Source: Dehalococcoidia bacterium
Lineage (GTDB): Bacteria; Chloroflexota; Dehalococcoidia; GIF9; UBA5629
Assembly: GCA_050011565.1 (NCBI GenBank)
Contig: JBEKIW010000005.1
Coordinates: 1-64,000 of the forward strand
Direction: 5' to 3'
DNA: 64,000 nucleotides
Position 1 is the first letter of the stretch, and every line of letters begins with the position of its first letter. The notes under the pieces are model-generated. The model was given only the letters and a program-made list of their open reading frames with translations. It did not search any database and was not told the origin of the DNA. Positions 28,717 through 38,465 of this stretch are shown piece after piece. The position numbers and the translations under genes are program-made.

Positions 28717-29983
28717 GGCTGCCCCTCTTAACTTCCATGTCTTGACTTCTAGCCTGAAGACCTTTAATTAACTTTGGCACGACCTTTAAATAATCCCCGA
28801 CAATAGCATAATCAGCCATTTGCATTAGCGGTGCATGCGGGTCTATGTTGATAGCAATTATCTTCCCTGCGGCTTGCATGCCAACTAAATGTTGAACTGC
28901 GCCGGACACTCCGATACCGATGTAGATTTTAGGCGCCACTGTCCTACCTGTTTGACCGACCTGCCGCAAGTAAGGTAACAGTCCTAATTGTACGACAGGT
29001 CGAGAGCATGCAATAGTACCTCCCAGAATCAGCGCCAGTTCCTCGAGCATGGGCAGATATCTGCTATCGCAGGCGCCTTTGCCTACCACAACCAGCACGG
29101 GAACCTTAGTTATATCCACTCCGCTAAAGTCCTCAGGTGTAGGAATGAAATCAACTATTACCGGAAGCTCGCTCTCAGAAATAGTGAAATCTAAAAAACT
29201 AATTTCACCCTGGCGACTCTGGTCTTTTTGGGGCAGCTTCATTACGCCCGGTCTTACGGTACTCATCTGGGGGCGATGATTGCGACAAACAATGGTAGCC
29301 AGGATATTTCCGCCGAATGTAGGCCGTGTCATTAGCAATAAACGTTCCTGAGAGTCTATATCCAGGCCGGTACAATCAGCGGTAAGTCCTGTTTCAAGTT
29401 GCGTAGACACCACGGCAGAGACGTCCCTGCCTAGCGGCGTCGCTCCCAGCAGAAATACCTCAGGCTTTACCTGTTCGCAGAGCTGAACCAGCGCTTTGCC
29501 GTAAGCTCGTGATGAGTAGTGTCTTAATAATGGATTATCAATTACGTGGACTGTGTCACATCCATAGGCAATCGCTTCTTGAGCTATCGGCTGCACGCCT
29601 GCTCCAACAAGAAATCCGTGTACGGAAACACCGAGTTTTTCAGCAAGTTCTCTGGCCTTTCCCACCAGTTCCCAAGATACTTGCGCCGCCGTACCATCTC
29701 TAACCTCAATAAGTACCGCTATGCCCCGGTAATCCTTCAGCGGGCGCGGTTCCTGACCAACCCCGGTCAATTGTTTCTTTTTCGATTTTTCAAAAATGAC
29801 TGCATCCACGGGGCAGACATTGAAACACCGGCCACACCCGATGCAGACTTCAGGGTCAATTTTGGCTACATCCGCTTCCATATGTATAGCTGCTACGGGA
29901 CATTCGCCGACGCATAATTGACAGCCGATGCACTTATCCGGGATGATCTCGGCGACATTCCTGCCCTTGCTGTTCTTAGGCAT
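28700..29983 (-). CDS. fixB: ETF alpha subunit with N-terminal 2x[4Fe-4S] domain
   Basis: Two CxxCxxCxxxCP motifs; GLTADC, QVGQTG, GVSGAVQH. Confidence 0.9.
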   Translation of the reverse strand: MPKNSKGRNVAEIIPDKCIGCQLCVGECPVAAIHMEADVAKIDPEVCIGCGRCFNVCPVDAVIFEKSKKKQLTGVGQEPRPLKDYRGIAVLIEVRDGTAAQVSWELVGKARELAEKLGVSVHGFLVGAGVQPIAQEAIAYGCDTVHVIDNPLLRHYSSRAYGKALVQLCEQVKPEVFLLGATPLGRDVSAVVSTQLETGLTADCTGLDIDSQERLLLMTRPTFGGNILATIVCRNHRPQMSTVRPGVMKLPQKDQSRQGEISFLDFTISESELPVIVDFIPTPEDFSGVDITKVPVLVVVGKGACDSRYLPMLEELALILGGTIACSRPVVQLGLLPYLRQVGQTGRTVAPKIYIGIGVSGAVQHLVGMQAAGKIIAINIDPHAPLMQMADYAIVGDYLKVVPKLIKGLQARSQDMEVKRGSRERNL

Positions 29984-30821
29984 GCGTCCCCTTCGTTTTC
30001 AACAAAATTTCACCCAGCAGAACCGATTCCTTATCAAATAGCTTGTCCAGAAAATCCTCGACAGCCTTCTCGTTTTGCTCAGCGCCGAAGGTCAGGCCGC
30101 CCTTTCTTGCCTCCGGCGCTGAAATTCCCTTAACCAGAGTGGGCGAACCCTTGACTCCCAACCGTTCCGGCAAGGCCTCTATCTCATCTGCTCCCCATAC
30201 TTTAATATCCTCTCTTAACGACCGCACCAGTTCAGGGAGGGAGGCATAACGAGGAGTACTGAGCTGCAATTCAACAGTCAGCAGTGCCGGGATTTTCCCC
30301 CTGACTATCTCGCTGCCACCTTCAACTTCGCGTCTGACTGTAATATCACCGCTTTCCAAATTTACTTCTCTAATCTCAGAAACGTAGGTAAATAACGTGC
30401 ATCCCAGCCGCGTGGCAATGCCAGGACCGGTCTGGCCGGTATCTCCGTCAATTGCTTGTTTACCACACATTATGAGTTGTACGGGTCCGGTCTTGGCTAT
30501 TTTGGTTATCGCCCGGGAAAGTGTGTAGCTGGTAGCCAGTGTATCGGCACCGGCGAAAGCTCTATGTGACAACAATATTGCTTCGTGAGCGCCCAGGGCT
30601 AAGGCGTCCTGCAGCGCTGATTCAGCTTGAGGCGGTCCCATGGTGATAACCGTTACTTTTCCTCCGTGCTTTTCGACGAGTTGCACGGCAGCCTCAACCG
30701 CAATCAAATCGTACGGGTTGCAGATTGATTCGACTCCGGAACGAATCAAAGTGTTAGTATCGGGGTCAATTTTAACCTGAGCTGTATCTGGAACTTGCTT
30801 TATACAACAAATAATATGCAT
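29976..30821 (-). CDS. fixA: ETF beta subunit
   Basis: KQVPDT, GADTLAT, GKQAIDGDTGQ, GSPT. Confidence 0.92.
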   Translation of the reverse strand: MHIICCIKQVPDTAQVKIDPDTNTLIRSGVESICNPYDLIAVEAAVQLVEKHGGKVTVITMGPPQAESALQDALALGAHEAILLSHRAFAGADTLATSYTLSRAITKIAKTGPVQLIMCGKQAIDGDTGQTGPGIATRLGCTLFTYVSEIREVNLESGDITVRREVEGGSEIVRGKIPALLTVELQLSTPRYASLPELVRSLREDIKVWGADEIEALPERLGVKGSPTLVKGISAPEARKGGLTFGAEQNEKAVEDFLDKLFDKESVLLGEILLKTKGTHA

Positions 30822-30944
30822 CTTCTATTGCACGTCTCTGTTGCCCGCTACGCCACAGATTAATCTATGTATCGGTCCCAGTCAAACTCCTTAATACTCT
30901 CAGGACAAAAAAGATGCTGCGGCAGAAAAATGATACTTGGTAGT

Positions 30945-31010
30945 ATTGTACCAAGCTGGAATAGAAAAGTTATAAACTATGTCAGCGAAGTATTAAATAT
31001 TCGTGAAATT
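30945..31010 (-). promoter_or_regulatory. Shared phased-repeat promoter, copy 5 (degenerate)
   Basis: AATTTCACGAATATTTAAT...GTTTATAACT-17 nt-TACAAT. Confidence 0.45.
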
Positions 31011-31133
31011 TACTCCATGTAGCGTAGCGGAAGGTGTCTTAAGCAAAGCCTTCATCGAGTACGAATTGAGATGTCCGCCATACAAAGTGATATACTAGTG
31101 GATAAGCCTCTGTCCACGGAGATACGGAGCAAT

Positions 31134-32135
31134 ATGTCTGAGATAAGGCAGGACCCAACAACCAAAGAGTGGGTTATTGTAGCCAGGGAAAGGTCTAAAA
31201 GACCTCATGATTTTATTCACCAGCAATCGAAACCCGAGCTGCCTGCCTATTCGCCTTCCTGCCCATTTTGCCCGGGCAACGAGGCTATGACACCGCCCGA
31301 GAGCTTCGCATTAAGAGATAAAGATGGGAAGTGGCGTATTAGAGTCTTCGCCAATCATTTCCCGGCCCTTACACCGGAAGGCAGTACTGAGCGGAGACAA
31401 GAGGACGGTTTCTTCTTATATATGGATGGTATAGGTATCCATGAAGTAATAGTAGAAAGCCCGTTGCACAACGCATCCCTGGCTTTAGCAGACGACAATC
31501 GAATAGAGGATGTTCTGATTACCTATCAAAAAAGATACATAGCTTTAAGTGAGACGCCATTTGTAAAATTGATAATAATTTTTAAGAACCACGGGGCATC
31601 GGCGGGCACCTCTCTGGACCATCCTCATTCGCAATTGGTGGCAACGTCTGTGGTGCCGAGACATGCCAGAATACGCCATGAAATAGCGGCCCAGTACTAT
31701 GACGATACCGGTCGCTCACTATATTCTGACATAGTTAACCATGAACTAGAGTCAGGCAATCGGATAGTGATGGATACGGAAAAATTTGTAGTTTTTCACC
31801 CATTTGCCTCTCACTCTCCCTTTGAAACCTGGATCGTGCCCCGGACCTATCAGGCTAGCTTTTGCAACGTTTCGCCGGAGGACGTGAGCAGTTTGGCTCA
31901 TATCCTGCGAATAACTCTGCTCAAATTGTATCGCGGACTAAATAATCCCGATTACAACTTCATCATCGACACCGCCCCAATAGGTGATGAGAACAAGGAC
32001 TATTATCTGTGGCACATCAGGATTATTCCGCGGCTCACAGAGGTAGCTGGATTTGAGATTGGGACCGGCATCTATATAAACACCGCATTAACCGAGGAAA
32101 CGGCTCAGTTCATGCGAGAATTCAAAGCTGAATAG
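31134..32135 (+). CDS. galT: Galactose-1-phosphate uridylyltransferase family
   Basis: CPFCPGNE, GTSLDHPHSQ, AGFE; start at MSEIRQDP inferred. Confidence 0.88.
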   Translation: MSEIRQDPTTKEWVIVARERSKRPHDFIHQQSKPELPAYSPSCPFCPGNEAMTPPESFALRDKDGKWRIRVFANHFPALTPEGSTERRQEDGFFLYMDGIGIHEVIVESPLHNASLALADDNRIEDVLITYQKRYIALSETPFVKLIIIFKNHGASAGTSLDHPHSQLVATSVVPRHARIRHEIAAQYYDDTGRSLYSDIVNHELESGNRIVMDTEKFVVFHPFASHSPFETWIVPRTYQASFCNVSPEDVSSLAHILRITLLKLYRGLNNPDYNFIIDTAPIGDENKDYYLWHIRIIPRLTEVAGFEIGTGIYINTALTEETAQFMREFKAE

Positions 32136-32171
32136 TGTAGACTCTTATCAGCACTTTACAGCCAGGTAAAG

Positions 32172-33581
32172 TCAGCTAAGGTAGTCGACGAACTGGCGAC
32201 TGAGCTTCGGATGGCGCAGTTTGGCCAGTGCTTCTTTCTCTAGTTGTCGTATCCGCTCCCTGGTAAGACCCAATTCGACGCCGACCTCCTCCAGAGTCCG
32301 GCAATACCCATTGTCCAGACCAAATCTCATCTCAATGATGCGACGTTCACGTGCTGGCAGCGACTCAAGGGTTTTGCCTAGCTGGTCTCGCAGTAAGCCA
32401 GTGGTAGCTTCTTCAGCAGGTTTAGGTACAACGTGGTCTTCGACGAAATCGCTAAGCTGCCCGCCTTCGTCACCTATCGGTGTTTCAAGAGAAATGGGTT
32501 TACTGGCATTCACCTTCTGCAGCCATTCCAACTTTTCAGGTGAAATATGCATTTCAGCGGCCAATTCCTTGGTTGTCGGCTGGCGCCCGAATCTTTGATA
32601 TAACCTCTGGCGTGACTGTACCAGTCTTGTCATATTATCCGCCATATGTATTGGCAGCCGTACGGTGCGTACCTGGTCAGAAATAGCCCGCCCGACCGCC
32701 TGTCGAATCCACCAATGCGCATAAGTACTGAACTTGCAACCTCTTCGATGGTCGAACTTCTCCACAGCCCTCATTAGCCCGATATTGCCCTCTTGGACCA
32801 GGTCGCCTAGAGGCATACCATAACCCTTATATTTTTTGGCTACGCTAACCACCAGGCGCAGATTGGATTGAGTCAGCTGTCGTGTAGCCTCTTGCGACTT
32901 TTGCCTTATTTGTTCAAAATGAAGGGCAATCTTCGGACGAAGCTTGCCCAGTTTGTTCTGGAATTTGGTAGAATTCACCACCCGTCCCAGCTCAGTAATT
33001 GAGCTGCACGTAGCCCAACCGCGTACTATATTCCAAGGTATTAGACGAGTAACAACTGACAATTCAGTCAAGTCATGTAAGGCCTTAACCTCATTGCTGC
33101 CCGTGGCACGCGATATCGCGTCCAACAAGTGCTCATCTATTTTGCCGTCGATAGCACCGCGCAGTTTAGAGTTCAATGCTGTTTTTTGTATTCCCTCATT
33201 TAGCCGAAGCTTAAGATACCCGGATACCTTCCTTAAAAGCGAGCCTGTTCGGCACAAGCGCCTCATCAGTTCAAGCAAAAGGTCAGTTTCTGATGGTGGG
33301 TAACCGTTTTTGGCCTCCAATTCCTGGTCAATCTCAGATAGATATCTGCCGTCTTCTATTGAACTGCCAAGCGTCTTTTCCTCATTCGCGGTCAGAAGTC
33401 GCGTCCTACGACATTCCAGTAAATATAAGTCCATGGAATCCCCGATGGGTTCAACATCCCCACCGGTTGGGACGCTCTTGCCCCCGGGGAATTCGCCTTC
33501 TTCACCAATTCCCTCGTCAAGTATATATAACTCCTCGCCAGCGAGGAGTTGCTCTATATTATCTGCACTTTTTAAAACCAT
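32172..33581 (-). CDS. RpoD-like sigma-70 factor paralog
   Basis: NLRLVVSVAKKY, DLVQEGNIGLMRAVEKFD, KFSTYAHWWIRQA, TRERIRQ. Confidence 0.9.
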   Translation of the reverse strand: MVLKSADNIEQLLAGEELYILDEGIGEEGEFPGGKSVPTGGDVEPIGDSMDLYLLECRRTRLLTANEEKTLGSSIEDGRYLSEIDQELEAKNGYPPSETDLLLELMRRLCRTGSLLRKVSGYLKLRLNEGIQKTALNSKLRGAIDGKIDEHLLDAISRATGSNEVKALHDLTELSVVTRLIPWNIVRGWATCSSITELGRVVNSTKFQNKLGKLRPKIALHFEQIRQKSQEATRQLTQSNLRLVVSVAKKYKGYGMPLGDLVQEGNIGLMRAVEKFDHRRGCKFSTYAHWWIRQAVGRAISDQVRTVRLPIHMADNMTRLVQSRQRLYQRFGRQPTTKELAAEMHISPEKLEWLQKVNASKPISLETPIGDEGGQLSDFVEDHVVPKPAEEATTGLLRDQLGKTLESLPARERRIIEMRFGLDNGYCRTLEEVGVELGLTRERIRQLEKEALAKLRHPKLSRQFVDYLS

Positions 33582-33691
33582 TCTTCACTTCCTAACGTTG
33601 TACAAAATACACCTTACTGGTATCCAGATTAAGCTCTCCGGATACCCAGCAAGACGTAAAAATCAAGGCAACCCGATTATCCGAGGGCCGT

Positions 33692-33910
33692 TTAAACAGC
33701 GACTACCTCTTTAACCTCGGGTACCCTCTCCTTAAGCACTCGTTCCACCCCATGCTTAAGCGTCATGGCGGCCATCGGACAACCGCCGCAGGCACCGGTC
33801 AATCTCACTTTGACTATGCCATCGGTGGCATCCACAAGCTCCACGTCACCGCCGTCTCTTACCAGATTCGGCCTTATTTGATTCAAAACTTCTTCTATTT
33901 TCTCTCGCAT
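33692..33910 (-). CDS. NifU C-terminal (Nfu) domain protein
   Basis: [20 protein letters not shown]. Confidence 0.92.
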   Translation of the reverse strand: MREKIEEVLNQIRPNLVRDGGDVELVDATDGIVKVRLTGACGGCPMAAMTLKHGVERVLKERVPEVKEVVAV

Positions 33911-33985
33911 TATATATCTCCTTTATTAATTTTTGATTAACTCTTTTTGAGCAAATGAATTCTAATTTATGAAATAAAAATTGTA

Positions 33986-34001
33986 TGCGACTTTTATCGC
34001 A
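33986..34001. promoter_or_regulatory. Crp/Fnr-type box upstream of nfu
   Basis: TGCGA-CTTTTA-TCGCA, 21 nt from TAGAAT. Confidence 0.7.
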
Positions 34002-34069
34002 TCGGACAACAAGTAATGACAATTCGCGGGAACATTTATGATGTGTTTCGGCGGATAAATGAAGACGAA

Positions 34070-34879
34070 TCAGGCTACCGGTTGGGCGATAATATTATTT
34101 CTGGCCCTTCTCCATAAGTAGAAAAACAATGCTAACGATGCAATTAAAGCGACTATCGCCAGCAGCTGCGCCTGCTGTAGTCCCCAAAACAGGACCTTTT
34201 CCTGGCGCACAAAAGTAAGTGCAAATCGTCCTACGGAATACAAAGAAAGGTAAGACAAAAATACCAGGCCGTCTGTCTTGAAATAGCGCTCAAGCCGCAA
34301 AATCACCGCCAGCGAAATTGCGTTCCACACTATCTCATATACCGGATAGGGATGTGTAGGCACGCCTAAGAGATTGGCCGGAATAAGAGCATTAGGATTT
34401 GTGTAAATGAATGCCCACGGCAGATTCGTAACCCCTCCGTAAGCATCCCCATTTATAATGCAGCCAAACCTGCCTATGATTTGGGCTACCAGCAGCGCCG
34501 GTACCAACGTGTCAACCAGCCGGCCCAACGGAATATGTCTTACCCTGGCAAAGACAACACCGGCTATGCCGCCACCGGCTAAGCCACCCCAGATAGCCAG
34601 ACCACCCTGTTGAAACGCTATTATCTGAAGCGGATTAGCCATGTAGTATCCAAAATTGTCTACTACATGGAACAGTCTGGCGCCCACCAGTCCGCCGATG
34701 AGCACCCAGGGAGCCAGAAAATATATTTCATCGGCGGGAATGCCTTTTTTCTCGCCCCGGCGAGCTCCGATTATCACTGCGGCAACCACCGCCAGTGCTA
34801 TCGCAACGCCATACCACCTGAGCTCAAAACCGCCGATGTGTAGGATTATCGGGTTTATGTTGATGACAATGCCATTCAT
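34070..34879 (-). CDS. lgt: Prolipoprotein diacylglyceryl transferase family
   Basis: RWYG, GARLFHV, GGLAIWGG, GRFGCIINGDAYG, HPYPVYE. Confidence 0.85.
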   Translation of the reverse strand: MNGIVININPIILHIGGFELRWYGVAIALAVVAAVIIGARRGEKKGIPADEIYFLAPWVLIGGLVGARLFHVVDNFGYYMANPLQIIAFQQGGLAIWGGLAGGGIAGVVFARVRHIPLGRLVDTLVPALLVAQIIGRFGCIINGDAYGGVTNLPWAFIYTNPNALIPANLLGVPTHPYPVYEIVWNAISLAVILRLERYFKTDGLVFLSYLSLYSVGRFALTFVRQEKVLFWGLQQAQLLAIVALIASLALFFYLWRRARNNIIAQPVA

Positions 34880-34896
34880 TCTCAGTCATCCTACGC

Positions 34897-35241
34897 TCAT
34901 AATAGATCTCGCTTCTTCTCTTCGTACTCCTTCTTCTTTATCTCACCCTGAGCGTATCGTCGCTTGAGCACTTCCAGGTCTGATTCTGTTGTTGACGTGT
35001 CACAACGCCCGCGACCACTCGCGCTTCGGACCGTAGCCACGATTCCCCAGATAACGAGCCCCCAGAAAACGATCACCAATAAAGGCAACCATCCCCAGCC
35101 GAATCCACCCATCATACCCGGTCCCATCATACCCCAACCGCCTCTCCACCCTGAAAACCCTCCCCAAACCAGGGGAAGAATTATCAGAATTGCCAGGACA
35201 ACGCCGCCAACAATAAGAGCTATTCTCAGACCTCTACTCAT
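34897..35241 (-). CDS. Membrane protein with GMMG motif and SHOCT domain
   Basis: LKRRYAQGEI..KEYEE. Confidence 0.85.
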   Translation of the reverse strand: MSRGLRIALIVGGVVLAILIILPLVWGGFSGWRGGWGMMGPGMMGGFGWGWLPLLVIVFWGLVIWGIVATVRSASGRGRCDTSTTESDLEVLKRRYAQGEIKKKEYEEKKRDLL

Positions 35242-35299
35242 TAATTAACCTCCAAGTGTTTTTTATAGTAAAATTTTAGCTAAAAATGAAATAGTTTTA

Positions 35300-35315
35300 T
35301 GCGACTTTTATCTCA
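35300..35315. promoter_or_regulatory. Crp/Fnr-type box upstream of SHOCT-lgt
   Basis: TGCGA-CTTTTA-TCTCA, 21 nt from TAAAAT. Confidence 0.7.
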
Positions 35316-35374
35316 TTGTGGGCAAAATCGAGGAAAAAGCGGTGGGATATTTATGAACAGCGCCTTGCCGGTTC

Positions 35375-35581
35375 TTAGGCTAAGTCAATAATTATTTCGA
35401 AGGGGCAGCTTAAAGCTCCTGTGATGCAAACGATTTCGCACTCGGTACACCAATCGCATTCTTCTGTGGGATTGACAGTTACGATATCGCCCACCAGTAC
35501 CAGGGCGTCATAGTGGCATACGTCAACGCACAACCCGCACCCGTTGCACTTCTCGGGGTCTATTACCGGCATTTCAATCAT
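35375..35581 (-). CDS. 2x[4Fe-4S] ferredoxin
   Basis: CNGCGLCVDVC, CDWCTECEIVC. Confidence 0.88.
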   Translation of the reverse strand: MIEMPVIDPEKCNGCGLCVDVCHYDALVLVGDIVTVNPTEECDWCTECEIVCITGALSCPFEIIIDLA

Positions 35582-35621
35582 TTGCTAACATCCATCTTAC
35601 GACACATCTCTATCATCTGTA

Positions 35622-35637
35622 TGTGACCTTTATCTCA
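35622..35637. promoter_or_regulatory. Crp/Fnr-type box upstream of ferredoxin
   Basis: TGTGA-CCTTTA-TCTCA, 22 nt from TAAGAT. Confidence 0.65.
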
Positions 35638-36306
35638 CGAAGGCGTTTCTATTATCTTTTTCAAGGCTTCTCTATCGGCAATTATAATGCGATGGTGGTC
35701 CAGCTTGATGGCTCCTTCCTGCTCAAGGACTTTAAGCGACCTGCCGACTACCTCCCGGACAGTCCCTGCCATAGCCGCCATTTCCTGCTGTGTCAGCCGC
35801 TGCCCCGTTTCAGTTCCGGCACCGGCATACTGAAGAAGTATCTTGGCAATCCTGCCGATAACATGTTTGAAAGATAAGTCCTCTACCAATGATACAAGGT
35901 AACGCACTCTATTTGCCAGCACTCTGGTTACGTTGGTAGCCACCTGTGGATAGTCCCGAATAATAGCCTCCAGGTTGGTCTTTCTTACGCCGTAAACGAC
36001 AACGGGCCCCATGGCTTGAGCTGCAGCCAGACTAGGGCCGCCGTCAAAAACCGCGACGTCATTAATAGAGTCGCCGGGGCGTGCAATCCCTAGAATCTGC
36101 TCTTTTCCCTCGGCGGATGTCTTAAATATCTTCACCGCACCCGAGGCGACAAAATATAGCACTTCATCCGATTCTCCCTCAAGCAGGAATATCTCTCCTC
36201 TGTCAACCTTTTTTTCAAAGGTGAGTTTCGCTATTGAATCGATAGCAGCAGAACTGAGACCGGAAAAGTACGGACTGCTCTTTAGAAAATCTACCTGAAT
36301 TGCCAT
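35635..36306 (-). CDS. Crp/Fnr family transcriptional regulator
   Basis: cNMP-binding-like domain; HTH LTQQEMAAMAGTVREVVGR. Confidence 0.92.
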   Translation of the reverse strand: MAIQVDFLKSSPYFSGLSSAAIDSIAKLTFEKKVDRGEIFLLEGESDEVLYFVASGAVKIFKTSAEGKEQILGIARPGDSINDVAVFDGGPSLAAAQAMGPVVVYGVRKTNLEAIIRDYPQVATNVTRVLANRVRYLVSLVEDLSFKHVIGRIAKILLQYAGAGTETGQRLTQQEMAAMAGTVREVVGRSLKVLEQEGAIKLDHHRIIIADREALKKIIETPS

Positions 36307-36402
36307 AGAAGCTTACTTTCTATTTTGATACATATGTATCCCAAGCATTACCTACCACATTTTGAAACAGGCTCCTCGGAAGATAACCAGTATAGCTAGA
36401 AC

Positions 36403-36876
36403 TCAGAGTTGCTTCAAGAAGCTGATGATTTCCTGAATATCCGGAAGCTGGCTTATTTCATATACCTTGAAGAATACAACCTTGCCTGCCTCATCCACGA
36501 TGATGTTCGCCCTTTCCGATATGCCTTCTTTCTCCCTGAATATACCGTAGAGCTTGGCAACGGCTCCGTGGGGCCAGAAATCAGCTAACAGCCGCGTGCT
36601 CGTAATTCCCAGCTCTTTAGCCCAGGCTTTTTTTGATGGTACCGTGTCAACGCTTACGCCCACGGCAAGCGTGTTCAATGATTCGAAGACATCTTTATTC
36701 TCTTCTAAAGATTGCATTTGCTGGGCACAGACTCGCGTCCAGGCCAACGGATGAAAAGAAAGCAGTATCCTTTTACCTCTGAAATCTGATAGCTTGAACT
36801 CTTTGCCGCTCTGGTCTCTTAAGACAAAGTCAGGTGCCACATCTCCCTTTTTTAGCTGGTTCTTATTTTCTGCCAT
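36403..36876 (-). CDS. Peroxiredoxin (AhpE-like, 1-Cys)
   Basis: FHPLAWTRVC (PxxxTxxC), LADFWPHG, ERA. Confidence 0.88.
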   Translation of the reverse strand: MAENKNQLKKGDVAPDFVLRDQSGKEFKLSDFRGKRILLSFHPLAWTRVCAQQMQSLEENKDVFESLNTLAVGVSVDTVPSKKAWAKELGITSTRLLADFWPHGAVAKLYGIFREKEGISERANIIVDEAGKVVFFKVYEISQLPDIQEIISFLKQL

Positions 36877-36911
36877 ATACTGCCTCCGAAAGATATTTAT
36901 TTTTGGTATAT

Positions 36912-37970
36912 CTAGACTGTCTGCCCCGGAACTTCTACAGGCGTTACCGATTTCTCAAGCCTGGTCGTCCATCCCCTCAATAAAACAATGTTCACGCTTT
37001 TCCCGATAACATCCCTGGTGAGGATTCGATGAATATCATCAACGCCAGATACCGCATCCTGACCCAGCGATATGATTATGTCACCTTCCTTTAAACCTGC
37101 CATATCGGCAGGGCTGCCTGGAGCTACACCCATCACGTAGGCTCCGGTATTATGCTCTAGGCTGAAATACCTCACCACCTGGACAGGCAGCGGCACTGTC
37201 TGCCCCGAAATGCCGAGATAGCCTCTGGTCACTTTCCCTTCTCTGATAAGCAAACTGACCACCCAACGCACAGTGTTTACAGGGATAGCGAAGCAGATGC
37301 CCTGCGCAAATTGGATAATGGCAGTGTTTATACCCACTACTGCCCCACGAGAGTCCACCAGAGGTCCGCCGCTGTTGCCGGGATTTAAGGCGGCGTCAGT
37401 TTGTATGATGTTCTCGATGAGCCTGCCGCTCTGGCTGCGTAACGAACGTCCCAGAGCGCTAATCACACCGGTAGTAACGGTGCTCTGAAAACCCAGCGGG
37501 TTGCCGATGGCGATAACAAGCTGACCCACACGCAGCTTATCTGAATCGCCCAGACGAGCTATGGGCAACCCGGAAGCCGGTACTACCAGCGTGGCCAGGT
37601 CCGTCGCCGAGTCCTGGCCGACGAGTTTGGCAGTGTAGCTGGTGCCATCGGCCAGCCCAACTTCTATAGTTCTGGCCCCTTCAACGACATGGCTGTTGGT
37701 AATAATATAACCATCAGGGGTTATTATCACACCCGAGGCGCTTCCTTCCATCTCCTGGGGCGCTGCTCGATGGCGCGCTGGAACTTTCCTTTTGACACGA
37801 ATATTGACCACAGCCGGACCCACCGCACTGACTACGTTAGTTACAGCCTGTGAATAGGCATCCAGCAGGTCGGCTCCCGCCTCAACCTCCGGTAGCTGTT
37901 TCGCCTCTGCTTCAGCAGACGTTGCCGAATCTAAAAATTTGAGAAAGAAATCCGATGAATCTCGGGGCAT
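36912..37970 (-). CDS. HtrA-family serine protease with PDZ, no obvious signal peptide
   Basis: TNSHV, LNPGNSGGPL; GGAGG SD before ATG 37970. Confidence 0.9.
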   Translation of the reverse strand: MPRDSSDFFLKFLDSATSAEAEAKQLPEVEAGADLLDAYSQAVTNVVSAVGPAVVNIRVKRKVPARHRAAPQEMEGSASGVIITPDGYIITNSHVVEGARTIEVGLADGTSYTAKLVGQDSATDLATLVVPASGLPIARLGDSDKLRVGQLVIAIGNPLGFQSTVTTGVISALGRSLRSQSGRLIENIIQTDAALNPGNSGGPLVDSRGAVVGINTAIIQFAQGICFAIPVNTVRWVVSLLIREGKVTRGYLGISGQTVPLPVQVVRYFSLEHNTGAYVMGVAPGSPADMAGLKEGDIIISLGQDAVSGVDDIHRILTRDVIGKSVNIVLLRGWTTRLEKSVTPVEVPGQTV

Positions 37971-38120
37971 AGTTTGCAAAACCTCCAAATATAATCTTAA
38001 TCCGAAAAGGTTCAACGCGCAACAGTGCAGTTATTGAATTAGACGTACCCTGCCAAAGTAGCAAACTCAGACAGGCCTTGCTAAAATAAAATAAATACTA
38101 ATTATAGGAGGTATAAGACA

Positions 38121-38357
38121 ATGATGGGGTGGCCCTGGTATGATTTAGGCTGGTGGGGTATGGGTCTGGGCATGCTGATTATGATTATTTTCTGGGCCGG
38201 GCTGATTGCCCTGATAGTCTGGATTATAGTCAAAGTAGTGCGTTCCGGGCAGAAGCCGTCGTCAGGAACAGCGCTGGAAATAGCCAAGACTCGCTACGCC
38301 AAGGGTGAAATTACCAAGAAGGAGTTCGAGCAGCTCAAGAAAGACCTAGGCGAGTAG
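38121..38357 (+). CDS. SHOCT-domain small membrane protein
   Basis: [20 protein letters not shown]. Confidence 0.85.
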   Translation: MMGWPWYDLGWWGMGLGMLIMIIFWAGLIALIVWIIVKVVRSGQKPSSGTALEIAKTRYAKGEITKKEFEQLKKDLGE

Positions 38358-38465
38358 TAACGGGACAACAGGCATCCGGCGTTTCATTTAATCCACTCAA
38401 TATGGGTATTAGCTGCATCGTTCCTTCTTTTGCGGCCTTTTTTTAGCCAGAGAAAGGAGGAGAAA

